A stretch of 64,000 nt of DNA from Clostridiales bacterium (GCA_015055605.1 SVHV01000002.1:288220-352219), one strand, 5' to 3'; positions 7,486-18,089 are shown, counted from the first letter of the stretch. Notes: a model not told the origin generated them from the letters alone. Program-made: numbers and translations.

Positions 7486-9237
7486 TTAATATTCAAATTC
7501 TTCTACTCTAGATGCGATCTTATCTTGTAAGATTTCTTGAACTCTAGTGTTGTTTTCTATTGTACTTTTTAAGAATCTTGGTAGGTTGTCTCCTATAATT
7601 TCTTTGATTGTAGAGTCATTATAGAAGTCTCTCATAATGTTGTATGTTAAACGAACAACGGCCTTAAATGTTGATTCATTAGAGATTTTTTCGTCACACA
7701 TGTTGATGAATTCCTCAGATAAGAAATTGTCGTTAGTGCTTGAGTATAGTTTTTGTAATACATTAAAGAAGACATTGGTTATAAATAAAATAGATGTGGA
7801 CCACTTGTCTTTATCAATGATTTTGTTTTCTGGTAGTTTGTATACTTTTTTCAAGTAATACCATACGCCATAAGGTAGTAAGTAGTATCTAGGGTCGGTT
7901 GGTGTTTTATCGTTAAATACTGTTTCGTATTTTTCACAACCAGGCATAAACTGACCGATATTTTTAGCTTTGGCTGGCATACCTAATAATGATGCTATAT
8001 ATATTTGGGTGATTTCTTTGGCAAGAAGTACATTGTTTTTATTGAATTTTGCGTCAAATAAATGTTTATATTTTGTATTACCCGAGTATTTTATTGTTAG
8101 TGCTTTTGAACTATTGGCTTGTGTTTCATAGAAGTAGCCGAGGTCTTTAAATTCCTTTTGTAACTGTGTGTGGAATGAGTCTAGAGCAAAGAAGTCTTTG
8201 CCAGTAACAGCTGTTTGGCTATTTGTAAATTTAGTAATGTTTTTTCTTTTTTCAGATTTTGCATCTTGAATTATTTTAACTAAGATTGTTCCGTCAATAT
8301 TTTCCTGTTCTATTTTACTAGAAGTGCTCCAACAGTTATATATGGTTGTTGCTGTTTGACAACCATTTACTATTTGAGGTGCTTTGATTTGAATAAAACT
8401 ATTTGGTAAAATTTCATAGCTAGAACACACGATTGTAATGCCGTTATTGTAAAACCAAAAGTTCTTAGGGTGATTTTCATAGGACTCTTTGATTCCTTTG
8501 TTAATACTATTTAGTCCTTTGTAGTTTCTTATATTAGAGAAGAATATGTGATTTTTATGCTCAGCAACCATTCTTGCTAGTGCTTTAAGAGGCACTTCGG
8601 CAACCACTGTAGTTTTGTCTCTATTCTCAAAGTATTTGGCAAGGTCTAATTTCGAAGAGGCGTTTTTTACTTCTTTTGGTAATTCAAGCAAAATTCCTGT
8701 ATGAATAGTATTGTAATTTTCGTAGCCAACGATATGGAAAGAAACATTTTTCTCAAATTTCTTTGAGCAAGTTTTTGATAGTTCTTGAGTCTTTTCTGAG
8801 TAGTCATACTTTTCGCTCTCCATGGCGATATTATTGTTGGTAATATAGTAGACTTTAATTTCGTTAATTGTATCACTATGTAGGGCATTGTATACATCAA
8901 CTAGTTGTTTTCTGATGTTTTTGCCATCTTCTAGTTTCATAAAGTCTTCTATTTGACCTAAGAAGTGGTATACATTTGAATAAGAATGCTCTCCTCTATA
9001 CTTGCCTTGTATAATGTATAAGATATCTCCATCAACAAATGAACAGTCTATTCCATAATCTCCTGAACCATCAGTAAATAGAACACCCTCGTATAGGTCG
9101 TTGTTCTCTAGGTCTGTTTCTGTTCTATCAAAGAGTTTTAGAAGAATTGCGTCTAAAAATCTTTTTCCTTGTTCAACTGCAGTAATCGGGCCTGCTTCTT
9201 GCATATAATCATTAATAATTTTTTCGTAATTTATCAT
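7486..9237 (-). CDS. AIPR-family abortive-infection (phage resistance) protein
   Basis: The N-terminal DGSGDYGIDCSF..LYIIQGKY block and the central PQIVNGCQT block are what I recall as typical of AIPR (PF10592) proteins. Start moved to the ATG at 9237 behind GGAGGG. Confidence 0.7.
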   Translation of the reverse strand: MINYEKIINDYMQEAGPITAVEQGKRFLDAILLKLFDRTETDLENNDLYEGVLFTDGSGDYGIDCSFVDGDILYIIQGKYRGEHSYSNVYHFLGQIEDFMKLEDGKNIRKQLVDVYNALHSDTINEIKVYYITNNNIAMESEKYDYSEKTQELSKTCSKKFEKNVSFHIVGYENYNTIHTGILLELPKEVKNASSKLDLAKYFENRDKTTVVAEVPLKALARMVAEHKNHIFFSNIRNYKGLNSINKGIKESYENHPKNFWFYNNGITIVCSSYEILPNSFIQIKAPQIVNGCQTATTIYNCWSTSSKIEQENIDGTILVKIIQDAKSEKRKNITKFTNSQTAVTGKDFFALDSFHTQLQKEFKDLGYFYETQANSSKALTIKYSGNTKYKHLFDAKFNKNNVLLAKEITQIYIASLLGMPAKAKNIGQFMPGCEKYETVFNDKTPTDPRYYLLPYGVWYYLKKVYKLPENKIIDKDKWSTSILFITNVFFNVLQKLYSSTNDNFLSEEFINMCDEKISNESTFKAVVRLTYNIMRDFYNDSTIKEIIGDNLPRFLKSTIENNTRVQEILQDKIASRVEEFEY

Positions 9238-9414
9238 AGGAAAACCCTCCATTATAAACTCATTGTATCATAATAATTTTAATTATTCAATGCTATATAG
9301 TCATGAATGTGTATTTTTTATTTTTTAATATATCCATATTTTCTTGCGTTTGCCTATTGAAATGTGGTTTGGATTATGGTAAAATTACTACGCTTAGAAA
9401 CAAAGGGGAATATT

Positions 9415-10038
9415 ATGGCAGAGAGAAAAGATTATTCACAAGAATTATATAGAGAGTTTTTAGATTCAGTAGATACTGAATTTATGGCAGATACACAATC
9501 TCAGTTTTTGTTGAATTATTTTAGTGCAAATAGGTTATATATCAAGGGTGTAATTGCTGATGGGGCAATGCTTTTTACGAACGACCAGAATATTTACAAT
9601 AAGGTTATGTGGAGTGAAAAGCAAAGATGCGCTATGGCTAATGAGTCTGATGATTATATGGACCCTGATGCGTGTGTTGGTAGTGTGCTTGATTATGGTG
9701 TTATTGCTCAGAGAGGTTTTTCTTTACCTGCTGAATTGCCTATGCCTTTTGATAATGTTTTGCTTATCTCTGAGGCTGATGTTAGGGGTAGTGATGGTAG
9801 AATGAGTAGGGGCAGAAAGACAATGGTTTTCTCTCACGATACTGCTAGGCTAAAAGATTTTACTCATATACTATCTCAAACAATGTCTGAGTCTAACAGG
9901 GGTGAAAGAGCAATAGATATTAGTGCTAGTTTTGAGAATAATAGGGTTGAGGTGCAGGGAGATAATCTATCTCAAGTAGGATACCTTGATAGTGTTATTA
10001 ATGAATGGATAAAAGCTAATCCAGATTTGGTTAAATAA
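9415..10038 (+). CDS. hypothetical protein
   Basis: ORF track 9364-10038. The ATG at 9415 follows AAAGGGG. I recognised no motif. Confidence 0.5.
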   Translation: MAERKDYSQELYREFLDSVDTEFMADTQSQFLLNYFSANRLYIKGVIADGAMLFTNDQNIYNKVMWSEKQRCAMANESDDYMDPDACVGSVLDYGVIAQRGFSLPAELPMPFDNVLLISEADVRGSDGRMSRGRKTMVFSHDTARLKDFTHILSQTMSESNRGERAIDISASFENNRVEVQGDNLSQVGYLDSVINEWIKANPDLVK

Positions 10039-10072
10039 AACAAAAGAGTTGTCTAAAATTTGACAACTCTTT

Positions 10073-10684
10073 TTATTTAAGTATTGCTAATATTTCATCT
10101 TTGGCAACCTTGCCTTCTCGTAATATTTTGACATCATTATCTACTACAGAGATTATTGTAGAAGACTGATTTTCGTGTGGGAGTCCTGAGTCTATAATGT
10201 ATGGAATTTTCCCTCTAAACTTCTCTAAAATCTCTGTTGGCGAATTAAGTGCAGGCTCGCCAGTGAGGTTTGCTGATGTAGACACTAGAGGTTTTCCTAT
10301 TTGAGATAAGATTTGTTCACACAATGTGTCATCTGGTACTCTAATAGCTATTGTCCTGCCTCCTCTAGTAATGGTGTCGCAGAATGGGTATCTGAGTGGG
10401 AATATTATGGTGATGGGACCTGGCCAAAAGTGAGAAATGATTTTCTTTGCCTCAGGGGAAATGTCTCCTATATAATGAGAAAGGTCAGTATCTTTGCTCA
10501 TAAGGAGAATGAGGGGTTTGTCCTCTCTGCCTTTGATTTTGGCTAAGTTCTCACAGGCCTCTGAGTCTGTTGCTATACAGGATAGTCCGTATATGGTATC
10601 TGTTTTAAATGCTATTGTTTGACCATTGTTTAGAGATTCTATAGCAAGGTCAATATTATTTGTTGTGATTATTTTTGTTTCCAT
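10073..10684 (-). CDS. tsaC: L-threonylcarbamoyladenylate synthase (YrdC/YwlC/Sua5 family)
   Basis: AFKTDTIYGLSC..IKGREDKPLILLM..STSANLTGEP are the conserved blocks of the family. Confidence 0.8.
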   Translation of the reverse strand: METKIITTNNIDLAIESLNNGQTIAFKTDTIYGLSCIATDSEACENLAKIKGREDKPLILLMSKDTDLSHYIGDISPEAKKIISHFWPGPITIIFPLRYPFCDTITRGGRTIAIRVPDDTLCEQILSQIGKPLVSTSANLTGEPALNSPTEILEKFRGKIPYIIDSGLPHENQSSTIISVVDNDVKILREGKVAKDEILAILK

Positions 10685-10811
10685 ATAGATATATTAGCAT
10701 ACGAGTAGACATTTGAAAAATAAATGTTGATATTTAATAAAATTAAAAAAGACCTAAGGACTAGTTTTTTCCTTATGGTCTTTTGTTTCTATTGAGTTTA
10801 GTTGTGTATAA

Positions 10812-11294
10812 TTAACAATCTCTAGAAGTGATTAGTTGGAAGTCAAAGTCTTCGTTAATTAGTTTTTCTTTGATTGCATTTGGTCTAAAGTCCATTGACT
10901 TTAGTTCTTCTGGAGTAACCCACTTGAATTCTTGTTTCACAAGGTAGCCCTTGTCGTTTTCTATTAGTTCAAAGTCTTTTGCCTTGTCGTCTAGATTCTT
11001 TGGATTGAGTAGGTAATAAAAACTTAGTTCGTGAAAGTTTTGACCTGTTGTTGTCTTAAAGAAATTTTCCATAAGTGCGATAGGCTTCTCGATATCTGTG
11101 TCTATACCAGACTCTTCTTTCATTTCTCTAACAACGGCAGTTGCAGAGTCTTCGCCGAGTTCTATGTGACCACCTGGACAGCAGAAGAATTTGTTGTGAC
11201 CCATTCTAACGATTAGGTATCTTTCTCCGTCTGTGATAACACCACAGGCTCTTACTTTAAATTTGTCTTTATCTGTGTCTATTCTAATATCCAT
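10812..11294 (-). CDS. NUDIX hydrolase
   Basis: GGHIELGEDSATAVVREMKEESGI fits the Nudix box GX5EX7REUXEEXGU exactly. Confidence 0.85.
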   Translation of the reverse strand: MDIRIDTDKDKFKVRACGVITDGERYLIVRMGHNKFFCCPGGHIELGEDSATAVVREMKEESGIDTDIEKPIALMENFFKTTTGQNFHELSFYYLLNPKNLDDKAKDFELIENDKGYLVKQEFKWVTPEELKSMDFRPNAIKEKLINEDFDFQLITSRDC

Positions 11295-11468
11295 AAAATA
11301 CCCCCATAAATTTAGTTTAGCAAAAAGTTATAAATAGTGTCAAATATCTAGTAGGTCAGTGTAGTGATTTTATTGTTTACATTATTATATTTCAACCTCC
11401 TTATTTGTATTAGTGCTGAGAAATAGAAAAACCAACTAAGCAATCGAACTTAGTTGGTTTGTTGATTA

Positions 11469-13226
11469 TTATGCTACTTCTTTTTGAGAATTAAGGTATA
11501 GGTTGTGATATACCTCGTTATTCTTTAGTAAGTCATCATGTTTGCCTTGTGCAACTATCTTTCCACTCTCTAGCATAAAGATTTGGTCTGCATAAGTAAT
11601 GGTGGATAGTCTATGTGCGATAATGATAACGGTGATTTTGTCTTTTAGTTTTTCGATAACTCTCATGATTTCTTTTTGGTTAGTATTGTCTAGTGCACTA
11701 GTTGCCTCGTCAAAGATTAGTATTTTTACATCTCTAGCGAGGGCTCTAGCTATACATAGTTTTTGCTTTTGACCACCAGAGAATTGACATGCATTTTCGC
11801 CTATTACTGAGTCTAAGCCATTAGGTAGTTTTTTGATATGGTTTAGAATATTGGTTTGTTTGCATAGAGCAAAGATTTCTTCGTCTGTGATATCTGGATT
11901 GATTATCTTGAAGTTATCCCTAATGGACATATTGAATATGTATGGGAATTGGTTAACTACTGCGATATTATTCTTTACGAAGTCTCTGCTGAGGTCTTCG
12001 ATTTTTGTGTCGTCAAAGTAGATATTGCCTGATGTTTTGTAGTATAAATGTGAGATAAGATTGATGATAGTTGACTTGCCTGAGCCACTTTCTCCAACAA
12101 ACGCAACTGTCTGTTTTGGGAGTATTTCAAAGGACGCATTGTCAAGAACTAGTGAGTTTTTGTCATAACCGAAGCAAACATCACTAAATTTGATTTTGCC
12201 TGAGTAGTCTGAAATAGTAGTTTCTCCGAATGTGTCTTTGTCGTAGAAGTCGCTATCTGTTAGATTAAAAATCCTATTTGCATATACTGCTACACTACCA
12301 ACATTTAGTCTTAGGTCCTCAAGGATTTGTGCGAAGTCTAAGATGTGGTCTTTGTACAAGAAACATGTATAGAATATAAGTGGTGTGAGAGCGTTCCATT
12401 TAAGGAAGTGTATACATAATACTATAAAGAAGAAATTGCAAATGTACTTAAGGATATTTGTTGCTTGGCAGAGAGATACTCCTACATACCATTCTTTATT
12501 GTCTTTTTTGCAGTAGTCTTTTTGGTCTTCTTTTAGAAGTGCGAGAGTAGAGTCTGCACAGTTAAGAGTCTTAATATCTTTAACTCCTCTAACTACCTCA
12601 ATGATTTTAGAATTAACTTTTTCTGCAGATGTTCTAACTAGTGGCTTTAGTTTACGGAAGTAGTGAACTCTAAGCCAACTAAGTAGGATAGTTAGAGTGA
12701 CAGTTCCCACTAGGAATAGTCCTAACCATACATTGAGGGCGAAGATATATATTAGGTATGATGCTCTCTTGAGTAGGTTGATGATATTGCTAGTGATAGA
12801 TTTGAATTCGGTTGATAGGCAGTCAATATCTGCAGTTAGTCTAGTAACGATTATTCCACTGCCCATAGTGTCATAAGTCTTCATTTGGATATCTAGAGAA
12901 CTCTTAAGTACATTCTGTTGAATGTCTATCTTTGTTCTATTCTCTAGTTGTTTAAAGAAGAATGTGTTGCAGATGGAGAGTGTTGCATTCAATACTGTTA
13001 GTCCGAGATAAATACCGGCTTGGACAAGTGCTCCTCTGTAGTTGCCAGAGTCCATAATGCAAGCGATACAGTTGGCAACTGTCATTGCCTCAAAGAAATT
13101 AATTGTTGCTTGGATAGTAAGGATTACTATGTAGCCTATAAAAAAGCCTAAGTGCCTCTTGTAATACTTAAAGAGTGTACTCATGCCGTAGTTATTTTTC
13201 TTAGTCATTGTTCCATTTTTTTTCAT
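11469..13226 (-). CDS. ABC exporter, fused permease and ATPase (MsbA-like type I)
   Basis: Six-TM N-terminal half. Walker A GESGSGKST, signature FSGGQKQK, Walker B ILIFDEATSALD, H-loop IAHRL. Confidence 0.9.
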   Translation of the reverse strand: MKKNGTMTKKNNYGMSTLFKYYKRHLGFFIGYIVILTIQATINFFEAMTVANCIACIMDSGNYRGALVQAGIYLGLTVLNATLSICNTFFFKQLENRTKIDIQQNVLKSSLDIQMKTYDTMGSGIIVTRLTADIDCLSTEFKSITSNIINLLKRASYLIYIFALNVWLGLFLVGTVTLTILLSWLRVHYFRKLKPLVRTSAEKVNSKIIEVVRGVKDIKTLNCADSTLALLKEDQKDYCKKDNKEWYVGVSLCQATNILKYICNFFFIVLCIHFLKWNALTPLIFYTCFLYKDHILDFAQILEDLRLNVGSVAVYANRIFNLTDSDFYDKDTFGETTISDYSGKIKFSDVCFGYDKNSLVLDNASFEILPKQTVAFVGESGSGKSTIINLISHLYYKTSGNIYFDDTKIEDLSRDFVKNNIAVVNQFPYIFNMSIRDNFKIINPDITDEEIFALCKQTNILNHIKKLPNGLDSVIGENACQFSGGQKQKLCIARALARDVKILIFDEATSALDNTNQKEIMRVIEKLKDKITVIIIAHRLSTITYADQIFMLESGKIVAQGKHDDLLKNNEVYHNLYLNSQKEVA

Positions 13227-13413
13227 TTCCCATATACCCCATAAAATAAATTAAGTTAGTATAATAGAAAGTTCGACAAAATACAATAGTTTTTTAAAAA
13301 GTTTTTTAAAATTTTTCATTAGTTGAATTTTGTCTATAAAACCATTTGAAAAGTAGGCGATATTGTGGTGTTTTGCAACAAAAATACACCTAGAAATACT
13401 CTAGGTGTATATA

Positions 13414-14331
13414 TTACATAGTGTGCGTGCTTAGGTAGCCAGAAATATTCTCTGGGCTAGTAAACTCATATAGGCTAAATCCGGAATCTGCGCATTGAGG
13501 GTTAGATTGATCTCTGAAATAATCCGCAATATCTTCTGGAAGGATACCTATCTTATTTGCCGCTGCAGATAGTTTTTCAAATGTTAGGCACATACTAGTT
13601 TTAATATGCTCTGCTTCTTCTGGAGCGTACAGCGGTGTTCCTGTGTTATAGTCTTCAAGTGGGAATTCTTTTATCATAGCAAAGGCTGTATGAAGGAATG
13701 GTCTGTGTGTTTGATTGCACTCTATATCTGCAACATCAAATAGTTTTTCTTGTGTTCTAAAGTTTAGGTCAATAAACGAAAAACCTTTTTCTGGGTCATA
13801 GAAGAAGTTTGTGAGTTTAGATGGGTCAACCATTATTTTTCTATCTGTGATTTTTCTTAGATCAGACATAAACTTGTCAAAATGCTCTTGAGGTGCTTCT
13901 CTAAGCATTGTGCAGTAGTCTAATACATATTGCCTATTCTCAGGATTGTTTCTCGCTGGGTCAAAAGAAACTGGTACTTTGTGTGGGTCCAGTAGTTCTC
14001 TACCTGGTGCTTTTTCTTGGACGATAAAGCCAGAGTCATACCTATGACCATTGTAGTATGGTTTGCCGTACTCTGTGATTGCATATCCTAGTATTCTAAC
14101 AACATTAACACCATTATTAGATAGGTCGTTTAGGTCTTCTATGATTTCGTCAAAGTTATGAGTGTGTCCCTCTATATTGCTTGTTTTTAGAACGGCGTAA
14201 TCACCAGAGATGAAGCATTTACTATTGCTACCAGATGCTGTAAATACTGGTGTTCCTGTTGCTATTGATAATAGTTCGTCCATTTTTTCACTAGCTATAT
14301 GAGGTGTGTGTATTTCTGGATAATATGTCAT
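13414..14331 (-). CDS. hypothetical protein, possibly protein-kinase/APH-like fold
   Basis: YAVLK, FIVQEKAPGREL, VDPSKLTNFFYD and FSFIDLN weakly resemble kinase beta3-Lys, hinge, catalytic-loop and DFG-like positions. Judged by eye only. Confidence 0.4.
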   Translation of the reverse strand: MTYYPEIHTPHIASEKMDELLSIATGTPVFTASGSNSKCFISGDYAVLKTSNIEGHTHNFDEIIEDLNDLSNNGVNVVRILGYAITEYGKPYYNGHRYDSGFIVQEKAPGRELLDPHKVPVSFDPARNNPENRQYVLDYCTMLREAPQEHFDKFMSDLRKITDRKIMVDPSKLTNFFYDPEKGFSFIDLNFRTQEKLFDVADIECNQTHRPFLHTAFAMIKEFPLEDYNTGTPLYAPEEAEHIKTSMCLTFEKLSAAANKIGILPEDIADYFRDQSNPQCADSGFSLYEFTSPENISGYLSTHTM

Positions 14332-14351
14332 AATAATTTTTCTCCTAATAT

Positions 14352-14813
14352 TTAGTTTTTTGCATTAGTTGGTTGATTTTCTCTAGCATCATAAATATTC
14401 GTAACGAAACTATTTAGGCTAGAGTCTTCTATATAGTCTTCTACTTCTAAACCTTTGTTGATAAGAGATATGCTGATTAGGTGAGAAAATTTCAGTAAAT
14501 CTTCTGGTATAGCATATTCTCCTACTAACTGTAGGTTTCTAAAGAAGAAATAGTCTAGATATTTACCTTGTCCCATGCTTCCTTCCAGTATTTCTTGTGG
14601 AAAGTCGTAGGTACAAATATATTTGCCTGTATCAGGGTATAAATAAAATATGCTGCCGAGGTCTTTGAAAAAGTGTAAGTATCTCCTATTGTCCTCGTAT
14701 TTGTGATTATTGAGTTTTGGGTTCTGTTCAAATGGTTTACCCAGTCCCTCAAAGCTATGGCTGTCTAGTATTGATTTTACTTCAGCCTCGTCACATAGTC
14801 TAAATGCATTCAT
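14352..14813 (-). CDS. hypothetical protein
   Basis: 153-aa ORF lying 20 bp upstream, on its own strand, of the next gene. No motif recognised. Confidence 0.5.
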   Translation of the reverse strand: MNAFRLCDEAEVKSILDSHSFEGLGKPFEQNPKLNNHKYEDNRRYLHFFKDLGSIFYLYPDTGKYICTYDFPQEILEGSMGQGKYLDYFFFRNLQLVGEYAIPEDLLKFSHLISISLINKGLEVEDYIEDSSLNSFVTNIYDARENQPTNAKN

Positions 14814-14958
14814 ATTTATCTCCTTGATAGTAGAGGTAATATCTTTTTGCTCATTTATTATTATATCATATCTTTATCCGAATTTAAAGGGGTAAATGAA
14901 AAGTTTTTGGTCACAAAAAAGGCACTATTGCTTTCTGCAGATAGTGTCTTTTTTTATC

Positions 14959-15849
14959 TTATTTAAGCATTCCTGCAATTACGAAGGTTGTTTTCTTTGT
15001 GCCTTCATAAGCTTTTAGGAATTTGTCTAAATATTCTTTTGCAACAGGGGTTTCTCTAAGGTCGGTTGCGATATCTGGGTGGTTTACAATAGCTGACTGA
15101 ACTTCTTTGATATCTTTAGTTCTCATATATTCCTCGCCCTTAACCTTGATAACGAATAATCCATCAAGGGTAACGATATCGAAATTTGATTTCATAGGTT
15201 GAGGATTGTTGCTATTGTCTTTGTTTGTGAAACTATATGATGCTCTTACAGATACGGGCTCTTTGGCTGGGTCGAATGTTTTGCAGTATTTCTTGTAATA
15301 ATCTAGCATATATGATCCAACTGCTCCGTCTACTGGGAATGTATTTGCCTCAGGGAAGTTTTCCATAGTGTGAGGAACTTCTTCAAGTATTGTGATACTA
15401 TATTCGCCTCTTTTTGAGATAGAGTATTGAATAGTTGCATCATAGTCATCTGGTCTTTCTTTTTCGTTAGGGGTTATATCTAACATTGATGTTAGGCCTG
15501 TTTTTTTGTCGAAACCTAATTCTTCAATATTTTTAATAGGGCTAGTGACGATAGAGAAACTATTGTCTGTAACTACTGCCTGAAATATCTCGCCTAGGGG
15601 TTCGCTAGAGCCACTAATCACCATTGGTTTATTGCCTTTTTTAGTAACTCTCATATCTGTAGCCCAACCACTATATGCAGATACTGTTAAGAATGATTTA
15701 AACCAGTAGAATAGTTCTTCGTTTGACTTAAACTCGTCTGAAAGTATCTCTGTAACTTTAGGTAGGATAACTTTGTCGTCTCCGTTAATTGCAGGGATTT
15801 CACCTGGTTTTAGTGGTGGTCTTTTAAATTTTAAATCGATTGTTTCCAT
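14959..15849 (-). CDS. hypothetical protein
   Basis: 296-aa ORF with GGAGCAAAAAATG-type RBS context. No motif recognised. Confidence 0.55.
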   Translation of the reverse strand: METIDLKFKRPPLKPGEIPAINGDDKVILPKVTEILSDEFKSNEELFYWFKSFLTVSAYSGWATDMRVTKKGNKPMVISGSSEPLGEIFQAVVTDNSFSIVTSPIKNIEELGFDKKTGLTSMLDITPNEKERPDDYDATIQYSISKRGEYSITILEEVPHTMENFPEANTFPVDGAVGSYMLDYYKKYCKTFDPAKEPVSVRASYSFTNKDNSNNPQPMKSNFDIVTLDGLFVIKVKGEEYMRTKDIKEVQSAIVNHPDIATDLRETPVAKEYLDKFLKAYEGTKKTTFVIAGMLK

Positions 15850-16017
15850 TTTTTGCTCCTGTCTATATCGCTTAACTATTTTAGTGTAAAGTAAATGTGT
15901 TTATAAGTCAAATAAAATGAATAAAGAAGGTAAACTTGTGGCTAAGTGAATAAAAAAGAAAGACGAAAATATGGTGAGAAATACCGAAATTTTGTCTTTC
16001 TAATGAAATAGTTTATT

Positions 16018-16725
16018 CTATAGTGAGAGTATATAGTTTTTTAAGTCTGAAAAAGAACCTTGAGGAATGTTTGTGGTGTCTATGTTTTCGCTATTTAGTA
16101 TATGGTCGGTTAGTAAAAATACTTTCATTCCTATTTTACTGGCCACCATATCTTCTGTGACATCGTTGCCAACCATAAGACATTCTGTTGGGTCTACAGA
16201 TAGTTTTTCTGTGATATTTAAGTAGTAGTTTAGGTTTGGTTTGCAATATCTACTATTTTCGTATGTTGTTATTAACTGAAAGTCGCTAGGGTTCAGGCCT
16301 GCCCACTGTGTTCTTTTGTGAGTGGCTATTGTTGGGAAGAGAGGGTTTGTTGCTAGTGCTAGAGTATAGCCTCTTTCTTTAAGGAATTTAATCAAATTTG
16401 CAGATTCTGGGTTTTGACCACATACTGCTTGGATTTTATCAAATTCTTCTTTGTAAAATTTATCGAATTTAGATATATCTTCTTCGGTTTTTTTACCCAA
16501 AATACTAGTAAAGGTATCCCAAAACATCTCTTCATTTGTTTTGTTTCCGTTATTTTTCATCATTGCAATAGTGCCTGTCCATACTGCCTCTATAAGTGAG
16601 TTTGGCTCATATCCGTATTGTGTGAGACTTATTGCTAATGATTTTAAGTATGTTTTTGTAAAGAGTTCTTGGTCCATTGGTAGTAGTGTTCCGTCTAAGT
16701 CAAATAAAATTGCTTTGATACTCAT
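16018..16725 (-). CDS. HAD-superfamily hydrolase
   Basis: ILFDLDGTLL (motif I, DxDGT) and MVGNDVTEDM (motif IV-like). Confidence 0.8.
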   Translation of the reverse strand: MSIKAILFDLDGTLLPMDQELFTKTYLKSLAISLTQYGYEPNSLIEAVWTGTIAMMKNNGNKTNEEMFWDTFTSILGKKTEEDISKFDKFYKEEFDKIQAVCGQNPESANLIKFLKERGYTLALATNPLFPTIATHKRTQWAGLNPSDFQLITTYENSRYCKPNLNYYLNITEKLSVDPTECLMVGNDVTEDMVASKIGMKVFLLTDHILNSENIDTTNIPQGSFSDLKNYILSL

Positions 16726-16755
16726 TGTTTTCTCCAGATGATTGATAAATGGTTT

Positions 16756-17328
16756 TTATATTCCGTAAAATATTATTCCTAAAATACCTGCTGTAATGAT
16801 TAAATAAATTGAGGATATTGGTTTCTTTTTTAATTTGTAGTATGTAAAAGAAATGGTTGCTATTATTGCAATAATTACTAGTGCCCAAAAGTCGAATTTG
16901 AATGAGTCGCCAAACTCAGAAAAATTGCATACAACAGACATAAACATTGTGATTGATGCTGCAATAATTAATCCTATTACTGAAGGCTTGATGCCTCCGA
17001 TTACTGCTTGGATAGGTTTCTTTGAAAGTATGTTTTTGGCAAAGATTGATATGAGTAAAATAATAAAATATGCTGGGAGTATAATTCCTAAAGTGGCAAG
17101 GAATGCTCCTAAGAGTCCTCCCTGACTAGAACCTACGAATGTTGCTATATTGACTGCTATTGGTCCTGGTGTACTTTCAGATATTGCAATATAGTTGAGT
17201 AATTCTTCGCTAGTGAGCCAGCCATATTGTGTGACAGTTTCTTCAACTAGTGGAATCATAGCATATCCTCCACCAAATGCAACTGCACCTATCTTTAAAA
17301 AAGCAAGGAAAAGTTGTAAGTAAATCAT
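16756..17328 (-). CDS. chromate transporter (CHR) family protein, second half-size subunit
   Basis: FGGGYAMIPL and SESTPGPIAVN are CHR-family signatures. It overlaps the upstream partner by 4 nt (ATGA). Confidence 0.8.
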   Translation of the reverse strand: MIYLQLFLAFLKIGAVAFGGGYAMIPLVEETVTQYGWLTSEELLNYIAISESTPGPIAVNIATFVGSSQGGLLGAFLATLGIILPAYFIILLISIFAKNILSKKPIQAVIGGIKPSVIGLIIAASITMFMSVVCNFSEFGDSFKFDFWALVIIAIIATISFTYYKLKKKPISSIYLIITAGILGIIFYGI

Positions 17329-18089
17329 AACCTACCCTCCTTATTCTTTGCTCTAGCTCTTTGAATGAGATAAACCATTAGTCCAACTATAGCAAAAATG
17401 ATAATGTAGAAGATTGTTGAGAATGACACTGCAAATATTGAACATAGTATTACAGACACTGCGGTAACACCACACACTATGTAGTTAAATATGTTTTTCT
17501 CTGCTTTTTTTAGCATTTTGATTCCTGCTAAGAATATTAAGAATATAACAGCAATTTGTATGCCTCTAAATGCGGATTGTACAACTTTGTATTCAAGCAG
17601 GTTATCAAAGAATAACGATAAGATAAATATGATAATAAGTGATGGTAGAACAACGCCTATTGTTGCAACGATTGAACCCCATAGTTTTTTGACCTTGTAG
17701 CCTATGTAGGTTGCAAAGTTTATAGCGATAGGTCCGGGTGTACTTTCGCTAAGAACTAAGATATTCATAAAGTCATTTTGGCTAAGCCATTTTCTTTTTG
17801 AAACAAATTCATTTTCTAGTAGAGGAATCATTGCGTATCCTCCACCAAAAGTAAATAATCCCATTTTGAAAAATAATCCTAAGATTAATAAGAATGCTTT
17901 TATTTTATTCTTAGGTAAGTAAAATTCAGCATTGTAATCTGTGGTGGCTTGGGTTGTGTTTGTTTCGGTTTGCCCTGTGTCTTGTTCTGACGGGGTTGTT
18001 TGTTTGTTAGACTCTGCTATCTTGTCGGAGCCTTGGCTTTCATTTTTTATATCAATCTTTTTGTCTTTAAGTTCTTTAGATTCTTTCAT
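17325..18089 (-). CDS. chromate transporter (CHR) family protein, first half-size subunit with polar N-terminal extension
   Basis: FGGGYAMIPLLE and SESTPGPIAINF. About 60 aa of Thr/Gln/Glu-rich N-terminus. Confidence 0.8.
   Translation of the reverse strand: MKESKELKDKKIDIKNESQGSDKIAESNKQTTPSEQDTGQTETNTTQATTDYNAEFYLPKNKIKAFLLILGLFFKMGLFTFGGGYAMIPLLENEFVSKRKWLSQNDFMNILVLSESTPGPIAINFATYIGYKVKKLWGSIVATIGVVLPSLIIIFILSLFFDNLLEYKVVQSAFRGIQIAVIFLIFLAGIKMLKKAEKNIFNYIVCGVTAVSVILCSIFAVSFSTIFYIIIFAIVGLMVYLIQRARAKNKEGRL

Noticed and set aside
16700-16888. Small overlapping ORFs from the track, such as 16700-16888, 21933-22202, 14555-14752 and 8667-8900
   Set aside because: Each lies inside or overlaps a longer gene with recognisable motifs, in another frame. 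None has independent start signals.
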